Assembly: GCA_003558085.1 (NCBI GenBank)
Contig: PWMT01000048.1
Span: 1 to 16,124 of the forward strand
Source of the DNA: Methanobacteriaceae archaeon
Lineage (GTDB): Archaea; Methanobacteriota; Methanobacteria; Methanobacteriales; Methanobacteriaceae
Reading direction: 5' to 3'
DNA: 16,124 nt
Shown here: piece by piece, positions 7,635 to 15,490 of the stretch
How the letters are laid out: every line of letters begins with the position of its first letter
Numbering within the stretch: the first letter of the stretch is position 1
Position numbers and translations under genes: made by a program
Notes under the pieces: model-generated
What the model was told of the DNA's origin: nothing
The model's database searches: none
The model's input: the letters and a program-made list of their open reading frames with translations, nothing else

Positions 7635-9071
7635 ATGAGGGAAAGAAAAATATTTGAAGCCATAAAAAACTGCAAGAGCTGCGAATTACATAAAACAGCC
7701 AAAAACAAAGTCATCGGCCGGGGGAGTCTTTCCCCGGATGTCTTATTTGTTGGCGAAGCGCCTGGAGCAGAGGAAGACATACAGGGTAAACCATTTGCAG
7801 GACCGAGCGGAGAACTCCTAAACCACTGGATAAAAAAATTGAAGACTAAAAAAGTAGCAATAATAAATATAATAAAATGCCGCCCACCAAAAAACCGAAC
7901 CCCTACTAAGGAAGAGGTAGAAGAGTGTTCGAAATTTCTCGAAGCTCAAATAGAATTATTAGACCCTAAAATTATTGTCGCATTAGGTACTGTTGCAATG
8001 AAAGAATTATTAGGGTTTGACACAGGGATACTAAAAAAAAGTGGAAAAATAGAAACCAGTTACAAATATTTTAATAAACCAGTTTTTATAATGCCACACC
8101 CCGCTTACTTCTTACGCCAGGGCGGAAAAGGTTGGGAAGATGATATAAAAAGTTTAAAGGAAGAAATAAATAAAAAACATCACTTTCAACCTTTCGTACC
8201 ACTTCATGTACATTCTCATTTTTCAATAAAAGATGGGTCTAGTAAATGTTCCGAATTATTTAAAGAAGCAAAAAAACAAGGTTACACAGCTCTAGGCATC
8301 AGCGACCACGGCACAGTGGCTGGATGGGTGGATTTTGCTATGGCAGCAAAACAATATGAAATAAAACCGATATTTGGGATAGAATTTTATGTAGGTAACT
8401 CACATAAACCAAAAGATAAAAATAGAGAACATATATGTGCTTTCGCTAAAAACCAGAAAGGAATAGAAAATATTATAAAATTAGTAAATATTAGTAACGA
8501 TAACGAACATTTTTATTATAAACCAAGAATTTTTTTAGAGGATTTAATGCAATATAAAGAAGGGTTAGTTATAACATCAGCATGCGTATTAGGAGTTATT
8601 TCCCAAAAAATAATCGAAGGAGATTATCCAGAAGCAAAGAAAATAGCTGAAATGTTAAAAAAAGAATTTAAAAACGATTTTTATTTAGAATACCAAATTC
8701 ATAATTTCGATAAGCAGGAAAAAGTAAATTTAGCAATTAAATCTTTATCTGAAGAATTAAATATACCCACAATAGTAACCACCGATGTACACTACACGAA
8801 TAAAAGTTTTAAAGAATTACATAATAGTTTGAAAGCTATCGCATATCATAAGAAATATGGGGAAGCGAATTTTACAGGAGACTCCCATTGCATACTAAGT
8901 ATTAAAGAAATGGCTGAATATGCAGAAAACGTAGGTTTAAATTACCAAGAAGTAATGAAAGCAGCAAAAAATACACTAGAAATAGCAGAAAAATGTAATG
9001 GAAAATATGAATCATTTGGCTTAATTATTCCAAAATTTGATGCTACAAAATATTCACAACAAATAAAATGA
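7635..9071 (+). CDS. udg: Family-4 uracil-DNA glycosylase fused to the PHP domain of DNA polymerase III alpha (N-terminal part of split DnaE)
   Basis: UDG4 part: CKSCELH, GEAPG, KCRPPKNRTP...C, HPAY. PHP part: LHVHSHFSIKDG, ISDHG, IFGIEFY, FYYKPRI, TSAC, TTDVHY, ending at IPKF where the DnaE PHP domain ends. Confidence 0.92.
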   Translation: MRERKIFEAIKNCKSCELHKTAKNKVIGRGSLSPDVLFVGEAPGAEEDIQGKPFAGPSGELLNHWIKKLKTKKVAIINIIKCRPPKNRTPTKEEVEECSKFLEAQIELLDPKIIVALGTVAMKELLGFDTGILKKSGKIETSYKYFNKPVFIMPHPAYFLRQGGKGWEDDIKSLKEEINKKHHFQPFVPLHVHSHFSIKDGSSKCSELFKEAKKQGYTALGISDHGTVAGWVDFAMAAKQYEIKPIFGIEFYVGNSHKPKDKNREHICAFAKNQKGIENIIKLVNISNDNEHFYYKPRIFLEDLMQYKEGLVITSACVLGVISQKIIEGDYPEAKKIAEMLKKEFKNDFYLEYQIHNFDKQEKVNLAIKSLSEELNIPTIVTTDVHYTNKSFKELHNSLKAIAYHKKYGEANFTGDSHCILSIKEMAEYAENVGLNYQEVMKAAKNTLEIAEKCNGKYESFGLIIPKFDATKYSQQIK

Positions 9072-9082
9072 GGTAAAAAATA

Positions 9083-11536
9083 ATGGAAGATAATTACACA
9101 ATTATGGAAAAGCTTTGTCAAAAAGCCTTAAAAGAAAAGAAGCTCCATAAAAAACAAGATTACAAAGATAGACTGGAATATGAGCTTCAAATCATAAAAG
9201 ATAAAGACTTCGTTGATTATTTCTTTATCGTAAAAGATGTTGTAGATGCGGCAAGAGAGAAAGGGATTATGTTAGGACCGGGTCGAGGAAGCTCAGGAGG
9301 TTCTTTAATTGCATATTTGCTTGATATAACACAAATTGACCCTTTAAAGTTTGGTCTATACTTTGAAAGATTTATAAATCCTGCTAGACATGATAATCCT
9401 GATGCCGACCTAGATTTTCAATCAAGTAGACGAGATGAAATGTTTGAATATTTAGAGGAGAAATATGGCAAAGAGTGTGTAGCAAGAATACCAAGCATTG
9501 TTAAATTCAAACCTAAATCTGCATTGCGCGATTTAGCTAGAATAGAGGGTATACCTATTCAAGAAGTAAATCTTTTAACAAAAAATATTCCAGATAATCT
9601 TCCACTTGAACATGTGCTTAAATTAAAGGAAGCTTCAATATTTTTGAATAAGTATCCAAGAGTTGCAAAAATTCTTCCTCAACTTTTGGATAAAATTAGA
9701 CATACAGGGGTTCATGCTGCGGCATGTGTAATTACACCTATATCTGTGGACAATTTTTTCCCATTAGAAAAAAAAGGAAGATTTTTCTGTGCATCTTTTG
9801 ACAAAGACGCATTAGAAGATTTAGGTTTTTTAAAATTAGATTTACTATCTTTAAAAACTTTGGATGTAATAGATGAGGCAATAAAGAATATTAATAAAAA
9901 TGGATATAAGACCAAATTACCTTTAGAGCCTGATGACCCAGAAATTTATAATCATATTTTTATTCCAGCTTATACAAATGGTGTTTTTCAATTTGAAACA
10001 ACGAATTTAACCGATTATGCTAGAAAGGTTAAAATCGATAGTTTTAAATTATTAACTGATACGACTTCCATAGCTCGTCCTGGAACAGCAGCTAGTGGTG
10101 ATGCGGCTAAATATATTGATAGAAGGCACGGTAAAGAAAGTGTTCAATATATACATCCGTCTTTAGAGCCAATTCTGCATGATACATATGGAATTATTGT
10201 ATATCAAGAGCAAATCATGCGGATTGTTAATGAAGTAGGGGGTTTACCTTTAAGTGATGCGGAGATTATAAGAAAGTTAATTTCCAAATCAAAAGGAATA
10301 TCTGCTCTAGAAAATTACAGAAATAAATTTGTTGAGGGCGCCCAAAATAATGGGGTTTCTAAGGATTTGGCTAATAAGATTTGGGATTCTATAAAGGAGG
10401 CTGGTAATTATTCATTTAATTTGTCTCATGCTGTGGCTTATAGTCTAATAAGTTATTGGTGTGCTTGGTTAAAACGTTATTATCCTCGTGAGTTTTTAGC
10501 GGCTTTGATGAGGTTTGAGGAGGGTGGAATGTTTGCTGCGGCTACGGAAGAGTTGAAGTTAATGGGGTATAAAGTTTTAGACCCAGATGTTAATACTTCT
10601 GATAATCGTACAAGCATTAATGAATCTGGTGATGTGTTGATTGGTTTAGAGGACGTCGATCAGGTTGGCTCTGCGGCTGTAGAGGAGATTAAAAGGTTAA
10701 GGCCATTTAAAAGTTTCGATGATTTCTTGGATAGGGTAGAGGCTCGTAAAGTTAATAGTCGCTCCATAAAGCATTTAATATTTGCTGGAGCGTTTGAAGC
10801 TTTCGGAGAGAAGGAAAAGCTTTATTATAGAATAGCAACGGATGAAAAACCTCGTAAATGGACGGATAAGGAAGAGATTATGAAAAAATATGCTGTTATA
10901 AAAACTAGCCCTCGGCAGCCTATTATTAACTTCTTCGACCATACAGCCATCCAAGCAACCAAAAACAACGGCGGCCTGACGGACATTGGGGCGGTCGATT
11001 GGGAGTCTGCCTCGGAGGAAGTTTATATTAAAGGAATAATTACCGAAATCGACATCAAAATAGGATATGCAATAATGGATATAAACGATGGAACAGGCAC
11101 AGCAAATGTTTTAATACCTAAAGAAAGCTTAGACAAATACCGTGAAATATTCGAAGAAGGAACAGGAACACCAATACTAATAAAAGCCCACAAAAGAGCT
11201 GAAAATAGTAGATTCTACCTTGATATGTTAATCGACTTAAGAAACGAATTAGAATCTGATAGTAAAGAATATAGATATTTAACTGGCGAAACATATAAAT
11301 ATATAACAGAGCAGGGTAGAAGTGGCGAAGCATTAGTTGTATCCTCCTCATATTTCTTATCAAAACAAAACCAGAATAGAGGTACAAGATTAACATTAAT
11401 AAATCAAGATGGCATGTTTAATAGAATGTGTTTCGATTCTCTACAACAAGATATAGAGGCAGGAGATATCATCAAATTCCAAGAATCGGGCTACGAACAA
11501 GTTTTTATAAAATTCATAGATTTTATTTATTCATAA
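9083..11536 (+). CDS. dnaE: DNA polymerase III alpha (family C) catalytic core lacking PHP: palm, thumb, fingers, HhH, OB
   Basis: GPGRGSSGGSL, FERFINPAR, PDADLDF (catalytic Asp pair), HAAA, KLDLL (third Asp), GVFQFE, RPG, YQEQIM, YSFNLSHAVAYS, PDVNTS, OB fold VYIKGII...INDGTG; own RBS GAGGT at 9070-9074. Confidence 0.95.
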   Translation: MEDNYTIMEKLCQKALKEKKLHKKQDYKDRLEYELQIIKDKDFVDYFFIVKDVVDAAREKGIMLGPGRGSSGGSLIAYLLDITQIDPLKFGLYFERFINPARHDNPDADLDFQSSRRDEMFEYLEEKYGKECVARIPSIVKFKPKSALRDLARIEGIPIQEVNLLTKNIPDNLPLEHVLKLKEASIFLNKYPRVAKILPQLLDKIRHTGVHAAACVITPISVDNFFPLEKKGRFFCASFDKDALEDLGFLKLDLLSLKTLDVIDEAIKNINKNGYKTKLPLEPDDPEIYNHIFIPAYTNGVFQFETTNLTDYARKVKIDSFKLLTDTTSIARPGTAASGDAAKYIDRRHGKESVQYIHPSLEPILHDTYGIIVYQEQIMRIVNEVGGLPLSDAEIIRKLISKSKGISALENYRNKFVEGAQNNGVSKDLANKIWDSIKEAGNYSFNLSHAVAYSLISYWCAWLKRYYPREFLAALMRFEEGGMFAAATEELKLMGYKVLDPDVNTSDNRTSINESGDVLIGLEDVDQVGSAAVEEIKRLRPFKSFDDFLDRVEARKVNSRSIKHLIFAGAFEAFGEKEKLYYRIATDEKPRKWTDKEEIMKKYAVIKTSPRQPIINFFDHTAIQATKNNGGLTDIGAVDWESASEEVYIKGIITEIDIKIGYAIMDINDGTGTANVLIPKESLDKYREIFEEGTGTPILIKAHKRAENSRFYLDMLIDLRNELESDSKEYRYLTGETYKYITEQGRSGEALVVSSSYFLSKQNQNRGTRLTLINQDGMFNRMCFDSLQQDIEAGDIIKFQESGYEQVFIKFIDFIYS

Positions 11537-11547
11537 GGAGGGGAATA

Positions 11548-11805
11548 ATGCGAAAAAGGAGTAAAAAAGATGTAGTTAATAGTGTATATGCAATATTAAA
11601 GGAGGGTGAACCTCTCATGTCTCATCAACTAGTAAATAGGCTTTTGAATCGTGATTTAATAGGTTCACATATGGGCATGTCGAGTTCACGGTTAGCTAAA
11701 CTCATGAGTGCGGACGGAAGATTTGTAGAAGTTAGCCGAAGCGTAAAAGGTAAAATTATATGGGGAATTAAAGGAGTTGATTATGGTGAGACTATCGAAA
11801 AGTAA
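11548..11805 (+). CDS. Winged-helix (HARE-HTH-like) DNA-binding protein, 85 aa
   Basis: True start is likely ATG 11548 after AGGAGGGG, not 11428. VYAILKEGEPLMSHQLVNRL...RFVEV...IWGI is a wHTH pattern. Confidence 0.6.
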   Translation: MRKRSKKDVVNSVYAILKEGEPLMSHQLVNRLLNRDLIGSHMGMSSSRLAKLMSADGRFVEVSRSVKGKIIWGIKGVDYGETIEK

Positions 11806-12544
11806 AATTCTAACTTATCTAGATTGTCCTAGAAAATTTAAATATAGATATATTGATAAAACTAAAACATCTGAACCAGAAGAAGGTTCTCCTTTAAAAA
11901 TTGGAATAGATGTACATGAGTTATATGAATGGTACTATAAACACCCTGATGCTCCTCATATAGATTCTGAAGAGAGTATTAAGAGAATATTGGCAGAAAA
12001 CCCTTTATCTTCAAAATATCCTCTTTACGCAAAAAACTTTATAGAATTTAATATGGAACTTTTTAATGAATTAGGAGCTCCAGCATATCTTCCAGAAAAT
12101 GTAGAATTATATTTACATGACCCATATTTTGATATACATGGATATATTGATGCAGTTTTTGATAGTCCGGCTGGTAAGATTATTGTAGATTATAAAACCG
12201 GCAGAGAACACCCAATAGGAAAATACTCTCTTGAGCTTCTAATGTATAAAATTCTATATGAAAGAGTAGCCGGGGATAAGGTAGGTTATGTTGGCGCTTT
12301 TTTCCCTAAAGGGGGAAACAAGTGGAGAATGGCTAAAATAGTTCATGCAGGAGAAAACAACCCTAAAAAAGGAGCTTTTTTTACCATAGAAGATGAATTC
12401 ATTGTATTAGAAACAATCGACCAAGTAAGAGAAAGAATTAAAGATAACGAATTTGACCCGCCCGACGATATATATAAAAAGAAATTTATGTGTAATTACT
12501 GTGAATATAAAGACTTATGTAAAAAAGAAGGTGTGAATTTATGA
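11783..12544 (+). CDS. PD-(D/E)XK RecB/Cas4-like exonuclease with Fe-S cluster
   Basis: LSKSKILTYLDCPRKF, GIDVH, GYIDAV, IVDYKTG, C-terminal CNYCEYKDLC (four-Cys staple). AGGAG RBS favours ATG 11783. Confidence 0.88.
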   Translation: MVRLSKSKILTYLDCPRKFKYRYIDKTKTSEPEEGSPLKIGIDVHELYEWYYKHPDAPHIDSEESIKRILAENPLSSKYPLYAKNFIEFNMELFNELGAPAYLPENVELYLHDPYFDIHGYIDAVFDSPAGKIIVDYKTGREHPIGKYSLELLMYKILYERVAGDKVGYVGAFFPKGGNKWRMAKIVHAGENNPKKGAFFTIEDEFIVLETIDQVRERIKDNEFDPPDDIYKKKFMCNYCEYKDLCKKEGVNL

Positions 12545-12906
12545 AAGAGTATCAAAAAACTCTTGATGTTTTAGCCGAAGAGTTAAACCATAAATTCCCA
12601 AAATTAAAAAAAAGTGAAATACAATCAATAATATTTGAAAACATTATAGAGGATTTTACAATACCTACCGAATATATTTTAAACAATAGTTACTGCAATA
12701 ATTGTAAATTTTGTTGTGAGCATTGTCCAGACTTAACAGAGGATAATATATGCTCTAACATTTCCCCTCCAAAAGAGTGTAAATTCTTTCCATACTGGGA
12801 AAACGAACAAAATAGAGGTATTTTTTTGTTTCCAGAATGCGAGTCTGCTTATACAATAGTTTTTAAATATTTGTGTTTACAAATTCAAAAAAAAATGAGG
12901 TGTTAA
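12541..12906 (+). CDS. YkgJ-like CxxCxxCC cysteine-cluster (Zn/Fe-chelating) protein
   Basis: CNNCKFCC..CPDL....ICS.....PKECKFFPY pattern; ATGA overlap with the upstream gene. Confidence 0.7.
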   Translation: MKEYQKTLDVLAEELNHKFPKLKKSEIQSIIFENIIEDFTIPTEYILNNSYCNNCKFCCEHCPDLTEDNICSNISPPKECKFFPYWENEQNRGIFLFPECESAYTIVFKYLCLQIQKKMRC

Positions 12907-12907
12907 A

Positions 12908-13879
12908 ATGAAAAAGTTTTTCCAAATCTTTATAAAACCTAAATTTAGAAAAACATTTGATTTATCAAATAAAAAAAGTGCAATGAAATTAATAAACGAT
13001 AATAATGTACGAAAAGACCTTTATAGAACTATATATAACTATGAAGGCAATGTAGAAGGAAATCAGGCTATCATAGATAAAGTTTTTTTAGATTTCGACC
13101 CTGAAGAAAGCGAAGAAAAATTATTAGAAGATGTAAGAAAAGTATCAAATTTATTGAATAATAAAAATATTAAACATTCTCTTTTCTTTAGTGGCAGAGG
13201 TTTTCACATATTTGTATATACCAATATAATTAAAGCTAAAGATTTAATAAATCCTAGAACCGCTATTAGAAACTTTGTAAATGACATAATTGAAATAACA
13301 AAAGCATCTGTGGATTATCAGGTTGTAGGAGATTTAATGAGAGTAGCTAGAATACCTAATACTATGAATATGAAAACAAGACTTTATTGTATTCCTCTTG
13401 ACCAAAAAGAATTAGAATATTCCATTGAATATATTAAGGATTTAGCAACCTCACAAAGATTTTTTAAAAAAGATTCAGAGGGTAAACCTTTAGATTTAAA
13501 AGTATATGATACCGGAACTAAAACTCAATTATCTGATTTAGAGGTTACATTAGAAAGCGATGAGGATTTAGATATAGGCGAGTTAGGTAAACTTGATTTA
13601 CCATCATGTGTATTACACTCTTTAAAAAAAGGTAGACCTAATTTTCAAGAGCGCTTTATGATTATAACCTGTTTAAGAGATTTAGCTTTTTCAAAATCAG
13701 AAGTATCAAAAATATTAATGAAGTTTTTAACTGAAGACCGATACACTCATTGTATAGAGGAAGAAAGACAATTGGATTATTTATTTAATAGACAAGACCT
13801 ATTATTCCCTTCATGTAGTAGAATAAAGGAAATGGGGTTTCATGTAAAGGGTTGTACAGGAAATCAAATATATGAGTAG
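12908..13879 (+). CDS. priS: Archaeo-eukaryotic primase: PriS catalytic domain fused to a PriL C-terminal-like domain
   Basis: Motif I FLDFD, motif II FSGRGFH, motif III GDLMRVARIPNT. The C-terminal LPSCV...ERF...PSCSRIKEMGFHVKGC resembles the PriL Fe-S domain. Confidence 0.85.
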   Translation: MKKFFQIFIKPKFRKTFDLSNKKSAMKLINDNNVRKDLYRTIYNYEGNVEGNQAIIDKVFLDFDPEESEEKLLEDVRKVSNLLNNKNIKHSLFFSGRGFHIFVYTNIIKAKDLINPRTAIRNFVNDIIEITKASVDYQVVGDLMRVARIPNTMNMKTRLYCIPLDQKELEYSIEYIKDLATSQRFFKKDSEGKPLDLKVYDTGTKTQLSDLEVTLESDEDLDIGELGKLDLPSCVLHSLKKGRPNFQERFMIITCLRDLAFSKSEVSKILMKFLTEDRYTHCIEEERQLDYLFNRQDLLFPSCSRIKEMGFHVKGCTGNQIYE

Positions 13880-14543
13880 AGGTGTTATAATGGAAGTTTT
13901 TGTTGATACTAGAGAGCCATCAAGTATTGTTAAAAGTGGTAGAGTTCTTTATCCTCATTTAATCGAGAAGAAATTGGATTATGGTGATGTGATGTTTGTG
14001 AAGGATAAGAAATGTATTTGTATCGAGAGGAAGAAGCCGGCAGATTTTGCAAGCTCCTGTGTTAGTGGTAGAATGTATAATCAGGCTATTAATTTAAGAA
14101 ATGCTTGCACTCAGTCAGTTATTGTTATAACTGGTTCATATGACGATATTAAAAATAATAAATATATTAAAAATTTTTCTAAGAAAAAATGGAATTCTCA
14201 TATACTTTCACTAATATTGCGCTACGGTGTTCCTATTGTCTTTGCTGATAATGATAATAAATTTTGGGATAAGTGTGCCGAAATTGAACGTATAGGATAT
14301 AAAGAGACACCATTGGCTCGTAGAGAAGTTAAAAAATCAAGTGATAATGTATATGTTGATATGTTATGTGCAATACCTTCTATTGGTGAAAAAAGAGCTA
14401 TATCACTTTTGAATGCTTTTGATTTTACTGATATTTTCTTTTTAGATGTAAAGGATTTAATGAAAATTCAGGGGATAGGTAAAAAAAGAGCTAAAGAAAT
14501 TAAGCGATGGATGAAAATGAATGGGAGGCTGTGCGATTGCTAG
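13872..14543 (+). CDS. ERCC4/XPF (Hef-like nuclease module) structure-specific endonuclease with tandem HhH
   Basis: VDTRE, GDV, IERKK..DF nuclease motifs; IPSIGEKRA and IQGIGKKRA HhH repeats. Start may be the second Met (13889-13892 region). Confidence 0.9.
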   Translation: MSRGVIMEVFVDTREPSSIVKSGRVLYPHLIEKKLDYGDVMFVKDKKCICIERKKPADFASSCVSGRMYNQAINLRNACTQSVIVITGSYDDIKNNKYIKNFSKKKWNSHILSLILRYGVPIVFADNDNKFWDKCAEIERIGYKETPLARREVKKSSDNVYVDMLCAIPSIGEKRAISLLNAFDFTDIFFLDVKDLMKIQGIGKKRAKEIKRWMKMNGRLCDC

Positions 14544-14755
14544 CAATAAAAAAAGAAGAATTAAAACGTAGAGTTGAGGATGGAGATTCATTAAAAGAAA
14601 TAGCTCATGACATAGGTGTTTCTATAGGTTATTTAAGTCGTCTCTGTAATAAATATAAAATTAAAGCTCCAAAACCTGGTAGAAAAAAGGGTGTCGCCTT
14701 ACCTGAGGAGCATAAACAAAAGATTGGCGAGAGTATAAGAAATAGGGGGCATTAA
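14507..14755 (+). CDS. Small HTH protein with C-terminal NUMOD3-like motif (start possibly GTG 14531 or TTG 14537)
   Basis: SLKEIAHDIGVSIGYLSRLCNKYKI HTH; GVALPEEHKQKIGES NUMOD3-like; GGAGG at 14524-14528. Confidence 0.7.
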   Translation: MDENEWEAVRLLAIKKEELKRRVEDGDSLKEIAHDIGVSIGYLSRLCNKYKIKAPKPGRKKGVALPEEHKQKIGESIRNRGH

Positions 14756-15490
14756 ATGGATCAATTACTAAAGAAAGGTGCTGTTTTGATCGAAACATAT
14801 AAAAGAGTAAGGAAAGAACAAGATAGTTCACTTTCAAGACTTAGAAGCGCTAGAAGAGGTTTACCCATCAATGTTATTCGAGACTTGGAAGATTTAATAT
14901 ATTTTCCTTTCGATAAAATTATTAATAATTTAGAAGATGAAATTGCTAATACAATGCAATTAATTCCTGTATATAATAGTTTTTTATATAAAATTAAGGG
15001 GCTCAATATATATGATGCATTAGAAATTTTAGTCTTAATTCGCGATGTTAAACGATTTAAGAATATTAGTAAATTATGGGCATATGCTGGACTTGCACCT
15101 ATTGAATACTGTAAGGTTTGTGGCAAGAGAATGAAAGCAAAAGTGAATTATTGTAAATGTGTTTCACCTGAAATTGTTATGATGACTGAGAGAAAACGCA
15201 ATGGAGGGCAGGTTTCTTATAATGAGAGGCTTAAAAAGAAATTAAATCAAGTCTTTAATATTGTAATAGATACTGATGAGTATTATAAAGATAAATATTC
15301 AGAGTATAAAATTCATGAATTTGCAAAGGAAGATAGAATTACTGCATTACACGCAAAAAACAGAGCAAAAAGAAAAGTAATAAAACTCTTTTTAAATCAT
15401 TTATTTATTGAATGGGCAAAGTGTGATGACATTAAGAAACCCCGACCATATCAACCGTTATCGGATTTTAAGGAGGCTGAAGATGAGTAA
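14756..15490 (+). CDS. IS110 Transposase_20 / Nop-domain-like protein lacking the RuvC (DEDD) domain, with Zn-ribbon insertion (TasA-like candidate)
   Basis: IKGLNIYDALEILVLIRDVKRFKNISKLWAYAGLAP matches the IS110 C-terminal domain, followed by CKVC...CKC, YNERLK and HAKNRAKRKVIKLFL. The N-terminus is only a short coiled coil. Confidence 0.75.
   Translation: MDQLLKKGAVLIETYKRVRKEQDSSLSRLRSARRGLPINVIRDLEDLIYFPFDKIINNLEDEIANTMQLIPVYNSFLYKIKGLNIYDALEILVLIRDVKRFKNISKLWAYAGLAPIEYCKVCGKRMKAKVNYCKCVSPEIVMMTERKRNGGQVSYNERLKKKLNQVFNIVIDTDEYYKDKYSEYKIHEFAKEDRITALHAKNRAKRKVIKLFLNHLFIEWAKCDDIKKPRPYQPLSDFKEAEDE

Noticed and set aside
7635-8170. UdgX-type suicide glycosylase
   Set aside because: Has GEAPG and CRPP-NR of ordinary family 4; lacks GEQPG and the KRRIH loop.
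9060-9090. Programmed frameshift, sequencing error or split intein joining PHP and DnaE core
   Set aside because: Both frames are closed by stops (TGA 9069-9071; TAA 9074-9076 in the downstream frame), the second gene has its own RBS, and no intein motifs flank the break.
10900-10940. PCNA-interacting PIP box RQPIINFF in DnaE
   Set aside because: Spacing is off by one from Qxx[ILM]xxFF and the segment aligns with the ordinary sgHPl region before the DnaE OB fold.
11783-12544. cas4 as part of a CRISPR-Cas locus
   Set aside because: No cas1/cas2 or repeat-spacer array in the window; stand-alone Cas4-like nucleases are common in viral replication modules.
14756-15490. Active IS110 insertion sequence
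   Set aside because: No DEDD domain, no catalytic Ser loop and no non-coding ends; the gene abuts or overlaps both neighbours.
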